IMG/VR virus record: IMGVR_UViG_3300037070_000996
Coordinates: 1-52,812 of that record
From: a virus
Taxonomy: Duplodnaviria > Caudoviricetes
Direction: 5' to 3' (one strand)
DNA: 52,812 nucleotides
Part shown: piece by piece, positions 27,201 through 36,172 of the stretch
Position numbering within the stretch: the stretch's first letter is position 1
Layout: each line of letters opens with the position of its first letter
Position numbers and translations under genes: made by a program
The notes under the pieces: model-generated
What the model saw: the letters and a program-made list of their open reading frames with translations, nothing else
The model's database searches: none
Told to the model about the DNA's origin: nothing

Positions 27201-29229
27201 TGGCGAGGACGCCCACCGAGTATCGTCGTACAAAGCACTCAGCCTGTACATGGGGCACGTGGCTAATAGGTACTCGACCAACGAACTAAAGATGAACATC
27301 ATTGGTAAGTTCCAGAACAGCTACGGTAAGTACCTGACTAACCCTAGCAACTGGAAGTCCGACCTAAAGAATGAGTTCTTCAATGACCTCAGTCTCAAGC
27401 GATCTATTGAGGCGCAGCGGGACTACATCAAAGACATCATTCGCCTTCCAGATCCTATGCAGGATTGGTGGAACCAGAAGATGAGAAACCTGGCGGAAGT
27501 TATGGAAGGTTCACGGCTCGGTGGGAAACCACGGGACTGGGTAATGCAGGCGGGTCTTCGTGACCCTACGGCAGCCCTTCGTACGGCTACGTTCCACTTG
27601 TATCTCGGCATGTACAATATGTCCCAGTTCCTCGTGCAAGGATTGGGCATGACGGTCGCTGCGAGTGCGTACCCGACCAAAGCCGCCAAGCTGATCCCTA
27701 AGAATTTCGCACTACGAGCTATGTGGCACGAACGGGGCAACCCTGGTGCTGTCTCTAAAATATTGGAAGGTATCGGTGTTGACGCAGATGAACTTACAGA
27801 AATTGCTAAAGAGATTGATAGAATTGGACTCTTCGATAGTCTCAAAACCAGCGCAGATTACAACGCGGGAATTAACGGAATATCAGCAACTGGTGACGCA
27901 GTACGTCGAGTATTTGATGGGGCACTTATGCCAATGCGAGAAGGGGAGCAATTCGCAAGAGGCTACGGGTATCTCCTTGCAAGGGATCTCTTTCTAAAAG
28001 GCAAGAAGAACCACAAGCTGACAGAGAAGGAGATCGATCAGGTCGCCAGAGATTCTCTTAAGTTCACGTTAAACCTGAACAGGTCCAACAGAGCGTTCTG
28101 GCAGAATGGCGTGCTCAGTATTCCTACACAGTTCTTGCAGGTGACTACTAAGTTTTACGAGAACATGATTGCGGGCTCCTTTGACAGGTCGATTCGTTCT
28201 AAGGTATTCGGTGGTTCAACTACGAAAGGCTACGGCAATCGAGTTTGGACTGCTGGAGAGAAAGCCAAGATTATGCTTGGTCATCTCGCCATGTTCGGGA
28301 TGGCTGGCGTACCGTTTATGGATAGCGCTGTATCGAACTTTACAGAGCTGTACCGCTCAGCTACTAACGACCCTCGTGAGATGACGACCGATAGGTTGAA
28401 TATCTTTAATGGTACAGCTGGTGTGGATGACGCTACGTTCGCTCGTGCTGCTCGTGGCGGTCTTGTGCAGGTTATGGCGCACTTCATTACTGGGGCCGAC
28501 CCGGAGTTGACCAGTCGTCTCAGCATCCCGGCGGGTATCGAAGACACTGTTGAAATGTATCAGCATGGAGATAAGGATATGCTAGCCGCTCTTGGCGGTG
28601 CTATGGCTCCTGGGATGGGGCGAGTATTCGACAGTATCGTCGGACTCGGTCGTATCTTCAATTCCTCGTTCTCAGAAGGTATGTCTGACGAGGAACTGAA
28701 ACAAGTAATGCGAGAGTTGTCCGGTGTGTTCAGCTCAACCAGGAACCTGGATAAAGCGTACTGGTTCCATAAGCTAGGCGGGATGAGAAATAACAAAGGG
28801 CAGCTCATCGTTGAACTTGGCGACGAGGAGCTTAATTCAACACTACTGTGGCAGGCTGCTGGATTCAGTTCAGCCAAGGTAGGCTACATGTTCGATCTGC
28901 AGCACGGCGCCGCGGAGTTGAAGCGACGAAAGACCGAAGCTACAGCACTGATTAACGACACCATGGATCGTTACTTTGCTGCACCCAACTTGCTGCAATC
29001 AGAATCCAATCAGAGACATCTCAACAAGATTGTCGAGACTGTTCTTTCGGACTTAACTGAAGCAGAAAGAGTCGATGTTTTGAAGGGCGTTAAGACGCAT
29101 CTTGCTGATGACGATCAGAAGCTTCTAAAAGCAGTAACTGATTCTGTCAAAGCAACGGCGGAAGCTGGCGGACGTGGTACAGCCGGTTCACTTCTCAATC
29201 CGCTTCTCGTATCACCAGAGGTTAAATAA
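24283..29229 (+). CDS. Large internal virion (ejection) protein, 1648 aa
   Basis: Size, helical composition and position after the nozzle gene. Confidence 0.75.
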   Translation: MASRPNEEFGPEWDTASVVDAGVTDDRMVTKAQPSYQAASLTSTESTGARNYQAALEDQNTQGVNWNRGTGSESRDRYAGSVLGAVAANAAGSDIYEAVSKGIDDISSSTDAGVDIYTTVSQQTEESVRRNLDSLSGAANGDVATMTGVYDELKKWRLDKDKPWGFEAFTVQQLDGLAQLYAKDTPIAKERLYQRYGGSMIADEYDKHGKLDTIWDFAKLFVMPGTTLAMGNFTEQFDPKLVGTAVNTLDEVVGRIPNLSIDGKGFEAYKATLDQFWKLPVDKRLVTLPMLDKHIKDIAGSNTFVYMNMMTPFVEKEAYDTVNMDYLVDTATFLGLIPGKPIYKMMTFANKARMARRPIQILKETGNATKAADLINAALADRDANRARKVTGMDRSDLAASVQPFDLTTTVANQVTGVAQDAITRLGDDILKAQGRVDQEFDRALDPSQTPRRIMFDETAKLAHQQEMLNQYAYRSPYPAYAKIVNRTDDGFEVEVEYGSKSSGVYDKEHLEQANKMHEQSIADLHERAAQIREQIPGGIARSDAQSLNVANMDRYREAGLPVKDRTKKKVDTRTLEERADEEFGVDDEVVSIQNQLRAVKEQIKKNNKIIADLDKPLVTQRHPVKYTFKQTGIVDAEELQRGTFPKIASPSQVADQIIRGQVDNATLAEFTEAKLNSSFLHAQRDLVKGTGHAEREAVDKLLLHGDEMGRETFRVDELIDGVDTKWGKVKLDSAKSIALYYGQRRMYQRLHEMKNYLKTRELEVAGYRQLSAKVKKADGMPVKLYAKETMVDELGNPVSNKRVPSGVQRIYDHQTGKVVDVTDEIHKRLGGDWQVVQFRHGYRFEDEVVNFGVIKPNSHLKPITGQVLDYHPGYVTKQRPGVFYTATRESRMLVDGVSKPRYSTVRFFRTEQEGHAWKAGLSADDQQLTTILPDKRYKHSEYMEHDEEFDALNFGGIYTGERTDRSILMGLDGEDAHRVSSYKALSLYMGHVANRYSTNELKMNIIGKFQNSYGKYLTNPSNWKSDLKNEFFNDLSLKRSIEAQRDYIKDIIRLPDPMQDWWNQKMRNLAEVMEGSRLGGKPRDWVMQAGLRDPTAALRTATFHLYLGMYNMSQFLVQGLGMTVAASAYPTKAAKLIPKNFALRAMWHERGNPGAVSKILEGIGVDADELTEIAKEIDRIGLFDSLKTSADYNAGINGISATGDAVRRVFDGALMPMREGEQFARGYGYLLARDLFLKGKKNHKLTEKEIDQVARDSLKFTLNLNRSNRAFWQNGVLSIPTQFLQVTTKFYENMIAGSFDRSIRSKVFGGSTTKGYGNRVWTAGEKAKIMLGHLAMFGMAGVPFMDSAVSNFTELYRSATNDPREMTTDRLNIFNGTAGVDDATFARAARGGLVQVMAHFITGADPELTSRLSIPAGIEDTVEMYQHGDKDMLAALGGAMAPGMGRVFDSIVGLGRIFNSSFSEGMSDEELKQVMRELSGVFSSTRNLDKAYWFHKLGGMRNNKGQLIVELGDEELNSTLLWQAAGFSSAKVGYMFDLQHGAAELKRRKTEATALINDTMDRYFAAPNLLQSESNQRHLNKIVETVLSDLTEAERVDVLKGVKTHLADDDQKLLKAVTDSVKATAEAGGRGTAGSLLNPLLVSPEVK

Positions 29230-31100
29230 TGGCTGAGAAATTTGTAGGCGGAGTAGACACGCCCACCAACCTGCGATTTGAGGCTGATAAGTTTGTCGAC
29301 ACATCGAATCGTTGGGAGAGCGCGCCTAAGGATGCCGCAGCTCTAGCTGACGCTACCGGGACCCTGGCTCTTAATCAGGTGCAGACTCTGTTCACCGATG
29401 AAGCCAATAATCAGAAGGATTACTACACCAGTGCCAGAGCACTCAAGCAAGGTATGTTTGAGGCAGCTACCAGAGAAGATGACGACGCAGTAAACGAGTA
29501 CGGGCGCAAGCTGCAGGACTTGAAGGTTGCTGAGAAGCAAGGGCTCATCTCAGGAACTAACTCTCAGGTTCGTCAGGAGTCTCTGCTCAAGCAAACGATC
29601 AACCGATACCCGCACCGTGAAGAGAAGATACGGCAGATGTACAGCTCCACTAGAGCGAGAGCGGCAGCCGAGAAGGAGCAGTTCAAAGATCCTCAAGAGG
29701 AAGGTATTGATGCACTGATTCAGCGATCGTTCAGTGCTGGCCGCAATCCAGCGCAACAGCTGTCGTACGAGCGTGCTATCGAGAACTTCGATCTACAGAA
29801 GAAACAGTTCGATTCTCGGGTTATGCTCGGTCAGGACATCCAGCAAGACTTTGGCGCAATGGTAGACAAAGAGTTCACTACTGTGGCCTACGACGGCGTG
29901 ATGCAGTGGCTGGACGCTGCTGCCGGTATGTTCAAGACCAACCCCAAGATGACGATAGAAGAGGCGCAGGGCGGCTACGAGCAGGTCAAGGCGCAGATCC
30001 TTCTGAGCTACGACAAGAACGTCGCGCAGCTTCTCCGTCAGTCAGGCAACCCAGACGCTGTGCTTAACCGCGACTTCGTGATGTCGAAGCGTAAGCAAGT
30101 CGAAGACATGATGGACGGGGTTGGAAAGAAGATAAGTTCGATGGACGAACTGGAGAAGAAGAAGCGGATGATGGAGTGGGGTAAGCAGCTCGGATATGAG
30201 AAGCTTATGAAGTACGACCCGTTGATCGCCTGGATGGTCACTGCTAATCCAGAGAAGGGCGCAGCCCTTGCGTTTAACGATTGGGATAAAGCCCAGCAGG
30301 TTATACGTACTCAAGGTGTTGAAAAGTGGAACGTACTAATCAATCAAGCCCACGGCTCAGATAAATCTATCATGCAATTCCAGAGGGACATGATTACAGG
30401 CTGGGACGGTCAGTCCCAATCAACTTATTGGCAGAGTATTGCAGGTAATGGCACTCCGCCAGAATCGACAGGGTTCCCCATGGTAGATGCAACTAGAGTA
30501 GGTGCTGTAGTTAGCACCACGCTCAACAGCCCTAATGCTACACCAGAGATGAAGTCTAACGCAGCTCAAGCGTCGCTGAAGGCGGAGAGACAGTACTCGG
30601 AACCCGGAGAGTACCTAGGTCCCAGTTCTGTGAACTACAAGGACCCAGGTCTGCGTAAGGCGCTGAGAGAGGACAAGGAGTTCCAGAATCTCATGGACAC
30701 TGAGATTGAATCCAGTGCTGCTTCGATCCTCAACAAGATGTCCGGCAAGGAGGAGATGCAAGCTATCCAGTTTGCACCGCAGATGGAGAGAGAGGGGAGA
30801 GATCCGGAGAAGGCGTACCCAACTGGTGGGCCGTTTACTTCCGAGGTTGGCGTGAAGGAGAACGCCAGTGCGAATGCACGGATGGGGAGGACTATGGGTG
30901 CTACCAGTCAGTCCTGGGACTTAGCGAGTTCCAAACAGTACGTTGACGCTCTGAACAAGATGTACTGGATCAAGCGCACCATGTACGGTCCAGCGACAGC
31001 TGAGGACTGGGCAAGCACTGTCGTAAGCGAGGCTCAAGCCGCAGCTGACGAGATTATCAAAGCTGAAGAGACTGCTAAGAAGAAAGAGGTCAAGGGTTAA
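29229..31100 (+). CDS. Internal virion protein, 623 aa
   Basis: TAATG coupling; helical; last structural gene. Confidence 0.7.
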   Translation: MAEKFVGGVDTPTNLRFEADKFVDTSNRWESAPKDAAALADATGTLALNQVQTLFTDEANNQKDYYTSARALKQGMFEAATREDDDAVNEYGRKLQDLKVAEKQGLISGTNSQVRQESLLKQTINRYPHREEKIRQMYSSTRARAAAEKEQFKDPQEEGIDALIQRSFSAGRNPAQQLSYERAIENFDLQKKQFDSRVMLGQDIQQDFGAMVDKEFTTVAYDGVMQWLDAAAGMFKTNPKMTIEEAQGGYEQVKAQILLSYDKNVAQLLRQSGNPDAVLNRDFVMSKRKQVEDMMDGVGKKISSMDELEKKKRMMEWGKQLGYEKLMKYDPLIAWMVTANPEKGAALAFNDWDKAQQVIRTQGVEKWNVLINQAHGSDKSIMQFQRDMITGWDGQSQSTYWQSIAGNGTPPESTGFPMVDATRVGAVVSTTLNSPNATPEMKSNAAQASLKAERQYSEPGEYLGPSSVNYKDPGLRKALREDKEFQNLMDTEIESSAASILNKMSGKEEMQAIQFAPQMEREGRDPEKAYPTGGPFTSEVGVKENASANARMGRTMGATSQSWDLASSKQYVDALNKMYWIKRTMYGPATAEDWASTVVSEAQAAADEIIKAEETAKKKEVKG

Positions 31101-31324
31101 TGGATACGCAAGAGACGAGACTGCGGCTAGTGGAGATTGAGACTGCTGTTCTTAGGAACAAAGTTGACTCACTCACCATGGCGCTAAATGCAAACACGGA
31201 AGCTATGGATAAATTGACAGAAGCTGTATCGAAAGGTAAAGGGGCTTGGGTCGCCTTTGCCGCAGTTGCTGGCGTCTTAGCCTTCATCATCAATCTGGTC
31301 GCAACCTTCTTCAACAAAGGTTAA
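31100..31324 (+). CDS. Coiled-coil + single-TM protein (holin/antiholin candidate)
   Basis: C-terminal TM segment; directly upstream of the endolysin. Confidence 0.6.
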   Translation: MDTQETRLRLVEIETAVLRNKVDSLTMALNANTEAMDKLTEAVSKGKGAWVAFAAVAGVLAFIINLVATFFNKG

Positions 31325-31338
31325 CGAGTTAACAAATC

Positions 31339-31764
31339 ATGAGACTTAGCAGGAAGGGCGTAGAACTAATCAAGACTTTCGAGATTTGTAGGCTCAAGGC
31401 TTATCGCTGTCCAGCAGGAGTCTGGACTATCGGGTTCGGGCATACAAAGGGAGTGTACCCCGGTCAAGTCATTGACCAGGATCTGGCTGACAAGTTTCTT
31501 GTAGACGATGTATGGGACTTCGAGGAGGTTGTCAATTTGCACGTTAAGGTTCCTTTAACACAAGGGCAATTCGATGCACTCGTATCATTGTCGTATAACA
31601 TTGGAGAGTCGGCATTTGAGACTTCGACGCTTCTGCGTATTCTCAATCGTGGGGATTACAATAGCGCTGCTCCTGAATTCAACCGATGGATTCATGCCGG
31701 GCGTGTGGCTCTTGCCGGCCTGGTTCGAAGGCGCGCTGCAGAGAAACAACGGTTCCTAGAGTAG
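31339..31764 (+). CDS. Endolysin, GH24 lysozyme
   Basis: FEICRLKAYRCPAGVWTIGFGHT (E-x8-C-x5-T), QFDALVSLSYNIG and GLVRRRAAE. Confidence 0.95.
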   Translation: MRLSRKGVELIKTFEICRLKAYRCPAGVWTIGFGHTKGVYPGQVIDQDLADKFLVDDVWDFEEVVNLHVKVPLTQGQFDALVSLSYNIGESAFETSTLLRILNRGDYNSAAPEFNRWIHAGRVALAGLVRRRAAEKQRFLE

Positions 31765-31765
31765 T

Positions 31766-32158
31766 ATGAGCATCCTAAACGTAATAGGGAGCTTTGCAGC
31801 TCCCGTTGTTGAATACTTCAAACAGCGTGCTGAGTTAAAGAGTAAGGAGAGGATACGTAAGCTCGAACTCGATGATGCCCTTCATTCTAGGAAACTCACT
31901 CTTATAGCGGAAGGATTTCACGCAGACGCCGCCTGGGAGATTGAGCAGATTAAGAATAGTGGCTGGAAAGATGAATTTGTCCTCATCGTTCTTGCAATCC
32001 CACTCGTAGGTGTGTTTGTACCGCCCCTCGCTCCGTATATGCTCACAGGATTTAATATACTCCAGCAAACCCCCGACTGGTATCGCTGGCTTATAATGCT
32101 GATCTTCACTGCTATCTACGGCATTAGAATCTGGCGCAGGCAGCAGACTGACACTTGA
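31766..32158 (+). CDS. Holin-like membrane protein (3TM holin type)
   Basis: SGWKDEF followed by two TM segments and P.WY...IYGIR. Confidence 0.7.
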   Translation: MSILNVIGSFAAPVVEYFKQRAELKSKERIRKLELDDALHSRKLTLIAEGFHADAAWEIEQIKNSGWKDEFVLIVLAIPLVGVFVPPLAPYMLTGFNILQQTPDWYRWLIMLIFTAIYGIRIWRRQQTDT

Positions 32159-32276
32159 TAGGGCGTCAGTGTAGCCCGTGTAAGCTACAACGCAGAACGG
32201 GCAAGGCTCTCGGGTGCATAGGTGCATTAATCAAATACCTCGCAAAGAAACAGGATTCCAATAAGACCGATAAAAA

Positions 32277-32675
32277 CTAAACCAACCATAAAACTGGTAT
32301 TCCTCCGACAGCACTCATATAGTCATGGTCAGCAGCCCATGCCGTGTATCGAGTGCTTTTCTTTTTGTGTTGGATGAGTGCGTCCTGCTGAAAGACAAGT
32401 CGGATCTCGATGCCCGGATGTTGCTCTTTCATCAGTATCATCTTCTGCCGATCGGTAGGACTAAAGATACCCTTAGTCTCAATGAAGAATCCCTTCTCGA
32501 TTACAAAGAAGTCTGGTGTGTAGATGTGCTTCTGGACTACGTCCTTGGAGGTACACTGTTTACAGGAACCGGATCTGACTCTTTTGTAATAATCGAACTT
32601 GTAGTGTTCATACACCCACCCTTTGTCAGCGGCTTCTAGTTGTGCTGCTATCTTCTCTTCGAACTTAGATCTCAT
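32277..32675 (-). CDS. Endonuclease I / Holliday junction resolvase (T7 gp3-like)
   Basis: RSKFEEKIA, YTPDF, IETKG and DRQKM...HP..EIRLVF. Confidence 0.9.
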   Translation of the reverse strand: MRSKFEEKIAAQLEAADKGWVYEHYKFDYYKRVRSGSCKQCTSKDVVQKHIYTPDFFVIEKGFFIETKGIFSPTDRQKMILMKEQHPGIEIRLVFQQDALIQHKKKSTRYTAWAADHDYMSAVGGIPVLWLV

Positions 32676-32833
32676 GAATCGATTCCGTCAACCCACCAAG
32701 TGTACCCACAAGCCTCGCACTTGTATTGGTAATCCTCGAATGCTCCGTCAGAAGACTCCACCGTCCTTACCGTCAATTCTTTTGTATTGCATTTAATGCA
32801 GCGCCCATCACAGGGCACATACTCAACACTCAT
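32672..32833 (-). CDS. 53-aa zinc-ribbon protein (not in ORF track)
   Basis: MSVEYVPCDGRCIKCNTKELTVRTVESSDGAFEDYQYKCEACGYTWWVDGIDS*; overlaps both neighbours (TAATG, ATGA). Confidence 0.7.
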   Translation of the reverse strand: MSVEYVPCDGRCIKCNTKELTVRTVESSDGAFEDYQYKCEACGYTWWVDGIDS

Positions 32834-33582
32834 TAACTGTACCTCTTCTTCAAATAGTCTAGTGATACAAAGATAGGGCTGTAGCTGCCCTGGGACACAT
32901 CATTCTTCAGCACTACACCACGCCAGTGGTTATTTCCCTGCGGGCCAAGATAAGTTTCCTGGTGCAAATAGCACGAGCCTGCGATAAGCCCCCACTGCAG
33001 CTTCCCACCAAGCGGCAGACACGCAATATCCAATCCTTGCGCGTGCCCGGCGGTAGCTGATCTGCCTTCTCTAACAAGCTGAGCCTTAGCGTTCGGGCTT
33101 CCGTTTCGAGTTTGGACAACTTTTCCAGATCCACTTCGAGGGAAGAAATGAGAGTACGCAATTCCATCAATAGTCACCACCTTTAAGAATTCGTGGACTT
33201 CCCATCCGTAGTCTTCGTATCCAAGAGACCTCGTACTGAGCGTCCCCTCAAGTTCTGCATTGATCTCAACTGCTCGATTAATGCGATTCTCATGGTTTCC
33301 AAGTGTGAGAACCATTCTTGGCGAGTATCGCAGTCCCGCGAAAGGCGCCACAAGCACGTCCATAGCTCGTCGTCCAGCTGCGACATCAGCTTGAAAACGG
33401 CGTCCCTCAAACGATTTATGTCCTCTATCGTAGGAGCTAAGGGACTCGACATCGTTAAAATCTCCAATTTGAATAATGACATCTGGCCTCTTATGTTCAA
33501 TGTATTTACCAATCCAAGCTAGGTGCTTAGTCGGAGCGCCCTTCTTTGCCTGCACGTCGGGAATAAGCAAATGACTTGTCAT
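32833..33582 (-). CDS. Calcineurin-like metallophosphoesterase
   Basis: IPDVQ, GDFND, GNHE, YSH and GHAQ motifs. Confidence 0.9.
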   Translation of the reverse strand: MTSHLLIPDVQAKKGAPTKHLAWIGKYIEHKRPDVIIQIGDFNDVESLSSYDRGHKSFEGRRFQADVAAGRRAMDVLVAPFAGLRYSPRMVLTLGNHENRINRAVEINAELEGTLSTRSLGYEDYGWEVHEFLKVVTIDGIAYSHFFPRSGSGKVVQTRNGSPNAKAQLVREGRSATAGHAQGLDIACLPLGGKLQWGLIAGSCYLHQETYLGPQGNNHWRGVVLKNDVSQGSYSPIFVSLDYLKKRYS

Positions 33583-33751
33583 CTTCTTCCTCGTTCTTAT
33601 TATTCATCTGTAGAATCTCAGCACACACAGCAGCCGGTTCGATCAAGTCGTCCGTCACACCAGTATCATCGTAGTTGCAGATTGTCAGAACCTCTTGGAC
33701 GAACTCCGTGAGCGTCGCAACCTCTGCTGGTGTCAGCTCAAGAACTTTCAT
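33527..33751 (-). CDS. Hypothetical protein
   Basis: Fills the gap in the operon; GGAG RBS. Confidence 0.5.
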   Translation of the reverse strand: MKVLELTPAEVATLTEFVQEVLTICNYDDTGVTDDLIEPAAVCAEILQMNNKNEEEDDKSFAYSRRAGKEGRSD

Positions 33752-33962
33752 TTTCGTACTCCAATTCGATGAGTAGTTCTATGTAGTGAATCGCTTTCTC
33801 CAAGTCCTGTCTACCGCCCTTCACTCGGTGGCGTGTGATGTACTTGACAGCGTTTCCTTCAAAGAAGTTAAGATTGTTAGCTGAGATGTACTGGACAGGC
33901 TGTATACCCCTCTTTCTGTAGTGATCACCACCAACTTGCTTAGAGAGCGGGTTCTCGGCCAA
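33738..33962 (-). CDS. DUF3310 (T7 gp1.7-like nucleotide kinase family)
   Basis: QVGGDHY...IQP...FFEGNAVKYITR...KGG..DLEKAIHY; TTG start after GGAGG. Confidence 0.85.
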   Translation of the reverse strand: MAENPLSKQVGGDHYRKRGIQPVQYISANNLNFFEGNAVKYITRHRVKGGRQDLEKAIHYIELLIELEYENESS

Positions 33963-34782
33963 AGTGCCTCCAGAAGGGGTGGATGTCGTTCTGCTTGCGC
34001 CAGATCCAGAGGAGCTTGGCGTTACGGTCGATGATACTATCTGGAGGTCCCCCAAGTTCTTTCCTGTACATGGCGTAACAAATGGCGGCGCATTCTTGAG
34101 GATTAGCGGCGGACCCAAGTGCTTCTTTGGCTCGCTTTGCACCAATTCCGTTGAGCCCTGGGATATTGTCGGTAGGATCTCCGCTGAGTAGTTGTTCATA
34201 GAAGAAAGTCATCCCATCTTTAATACTTGTTTGATATGTCTTTCCGGTAACCCAGTTGTAATGACTACCCGGAATTTGATTGAGGTCTTTGTCCACAGCC
34301 ACGATAACAGCAGATGCGCCAAGCTGAGTAGCTGCGATTCCGATGGCATCGTCGGCCTCCATCTCATTGACCAATTCGGCATTCCATTGGCTAACAAGAT
34401 AATTCCGGATGTCTCTGTAGTACCTCGGCTTTGCAATTCCGTCTCGATTAGCCTTATAGTCTGGAAAAATGTCCTCTCTGAAATTTCCACGTCCAGCAAG
34501 GAATAGCCGAAACTTGTCCGTTCCCAAGACACTTAATGTATTCTCCAGGCTAGTCTTGACCATCTGCAGACAGTTCTCAACAGGCTCGTACTCTTTACGA
34601 GTCCATATTTCGGTGTTTGCGTGCGCCGTTGCGTACTCTTTAGCTTCCTTTGCTGAATCGAACTTGGTAGTGTAAATAGTAGGATCGTCTGCCTCAAACA
34701 TGGTCACAAGATACTTCGTCTTCTCGGCTGCGAACCCGCACCGATACGTCCAAGCGTCGCCATCGAGTAAAGCTAGGGTCAT
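33940..34782 (-). CDS. 5'-3' exonuclease (T7 gp6/RNase H-like)
   Basis: LLDGD, YKANR, EADDAIG, DKDLNQIPG and GDPTDNIPGL.GIG. Confidence 0.92.
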   Translation of the reverse strand: MTLALLDGDAWTYRCGFAAEKTKYLVTMFEADDPTIYTTKFDSAKEAKEYATAHANTEIWTRKEYEPVENCLQMVKTSLENTLSVLGTDKFRLFLAGRGNFREDIFPDYKANRDGIAKPRYYRDIRNYLVSQWNAELVNEMEADDAIGIAATQLGASAVIVAVDKDLNQIPGSHYNWVTGKTYQTSIKDGMTFFYEQLLSGDPTDNIPGLNGIGAKRAKEALGSAANPQECAAICYAMYRKELGGPPDSIIDRNAKLLWIWRKQNDIHPFWRHFGREPAL

Positions 34783-34991
34783 TAGGAAATCAGATCCGTA
34801 AACCTTGCCGCGAGCCGGCTGGCCCGTTCGTATTCGTTAAACGCTTCGTCCCTCTTAGCCTTGTGGTACTCCGCTTCGTCAGCGCGAGTATTGGCAGTAA
34901 GCTTCAGCAGGTCAATCTGCTTCTGGATGTTGGCAACAATGGAATTAACTGATCGAATGAACATGAGGACCTCTTTAATTAAACAGATCAA
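34782..34991 (-). CDS. Hypothetical coiled-coil protein
   Basis: In-operon ORF; likely start MFIRS. Confidence 0.6.
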   Translation of the reverse strand: MICLIKEVLMFIRSVNSIVANIQKQIDLLKLTANTRADEAEYHKAKRDEAFNEYERASRLAARFTDLIS

Positions 34992-35250
34992 TTGTGGGGG
35001 ATGCGGTTGGCTTCGTCTCGTCTTCGACAGGAGTGTCCATCAGCTTTGTGAGGGTGGTAACCCAATCCTTAACGACGTAAAGTACCGTGTGGCAGTACTC
35101 CTCAACACCCGTTTCCTTATTGTAGATAAGGTAACAAACGCGAGGATTAGGGACAGCACGAGTGGTGGTAGGATACCCGACCTCGACCCGGAAATATTTG
35201 TTTTCATAAACGTTCATATTAGTTCCAGTCCCCTTCCGTCTGCACAGCAC
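34975..35250 (-). CDS. Hypothetical protein
   Basis: In-operon ORF; likely start MNVYE. Confidence 0.6.
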   Translation of the reverse strand: MLCRRKGTGTNMNVYENKYFRVEVGYPTTTRAVPNPRVCYLIYNKETGVEEYCHTVLYVVKDWVTTLTKLMDTPVEDETKPTASPTIDLFN

Positions 35251-35806
35251 CCTCTGTATTATCGATCACGTCTTCCATAGCCTTGTTAACTACGTTAACC
35301 TCGGTGTTCGCAGCCTTGAACTTTGTCATGTACTCCTCCAGCAGGGCATCCAAGAACTCCTTTCGCTTAGCCTTGGCTGGCATAGTAATAGCAGCTTCCA
35401 TACCCTCTTTTCCAGCGAACGTTGCACTGGTCAGGAACTTGACCCACTCGATTGCCGCATTGCGCGCTGCCTGAGTTTCTATTTTGGGCTGGATAACATC
35501 TCGCTGGAACCTCTGATACTCGATATCCCGAGCTTCCTTAGCGGACCAGTAGTCGTCCTTAGTTACAGCTCTAGCACCCTCTGTAGCCTTCTCTACACCC
35601 TGCGGAATAGAGGAACCCTGCAACAGGGTAAAGTTCTTTACGTCCTTGTAGCCCTTGGCATTCGTGACGAACTCAAACTCAATGTACTGGCCTTCTGCTG
35701 GAGGCTTCTTTGTACCAGTCGAGTACCACTCTCCGCCTGACTTGAATGAATAGAAAGTCTTGCCGTTCCACGCCTTAGTTGTTACTTCTTGTACTGCGCC
35801 TTTCAT
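35219..35806 (-). CDS. Putative single-stranded DNA-binding protein
   Basis: OB-fold-like aromatic beta N-terminus, acidic/aromatic C-terminus (EGDWN), replication context. Confidence 0.55.
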   Translation of the reverse strand: MKGAVQEVTTKAWNGKTFYSFKSGGEWYSTGTKKPPAEGQYIEFEFVTNAKGYKDVKNFTLLQGSSIPQGVEKATEGARAVTKDDYWSAKEARDIEYQRFQRDVIQPKIETQAARNAAIEWVKFLTSATFAGKEGMEAAITMPAKAKRKEFLDALLEEYMTKFKAANTEVNVVNKAMEDVIDNTEGAVQTEGDWN

Positions 35807-35809
35807 GCC

Positions 35810-36130
35810 TTACCCTTTTCTTGTTTTAATAAACTGATGGATTAATCCGCCGAGTGTGTCAATGAACTTTTCGTCTTCATTGATTTTGAACTCGTTCATG
35901 TGTAACATCAACAGATGCGCCAACTCGTGATAGAAAACGTGATCTGCATAATCTCCTCGTAGTCCTGGGTTGACCCAACATAATGCTAAGGATTGATTTG
36001 ATGCTCCGTGTAAGCTTAGACCTCTATCGTTCTCGACTTCGGCTTTAGTCTCTAGGACTCTCGGCTCTTTGGCGTTACGAGAGACCTTGTAGGTCTGCCC
36101 TTGTAGTGTGAATTGCTTTGGGATTTTCGT
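35810..36130 (-). CDS. HExxH metallopeptidase-like protein (ImmA/IrrE-like) with apparent ACG start (not in ORF track)
   Basis: KIPKQFTLQGQTYKV...FYHELAHL...EDEKFIDTLGGLIHQ; GGAGG-N7-ACG. Confidence 0.75.
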   Translation of the reverse strand, partial: TKIPKQFTLQGQTYKVSRNAKEPRVLETKAEVENDRGLSLHGASNQSLALCWVNPGLRGDYADHVFYHELAHLLMLHMNEFKINEDEKFIDTLGGLIHQFIKTRKG

Positions 36131-36172
36131 ACAGATACCTCCGTTGTTCTTTTAATTAGACCTGTCGTACGC

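Noticed and set aside
24283-29229. 1648-aa ORF as a virion RNA polymerase or tape measure
   Set aside because: No DxDGD or T7-type RNAP motifs were recognised, and the podovirus tail genes and position favour an ejection protein.
31339-31764. Cys replacing the catalytic Asp in the lysozyme
   Set aside because: E-x8-C-x5-T is a known active GH24 variant.
31835-32227. 130-aa minus-strand ORF at the convergence point
   Set aside because: It is mostly antisense to the holin-like gene and has no recognisable features.
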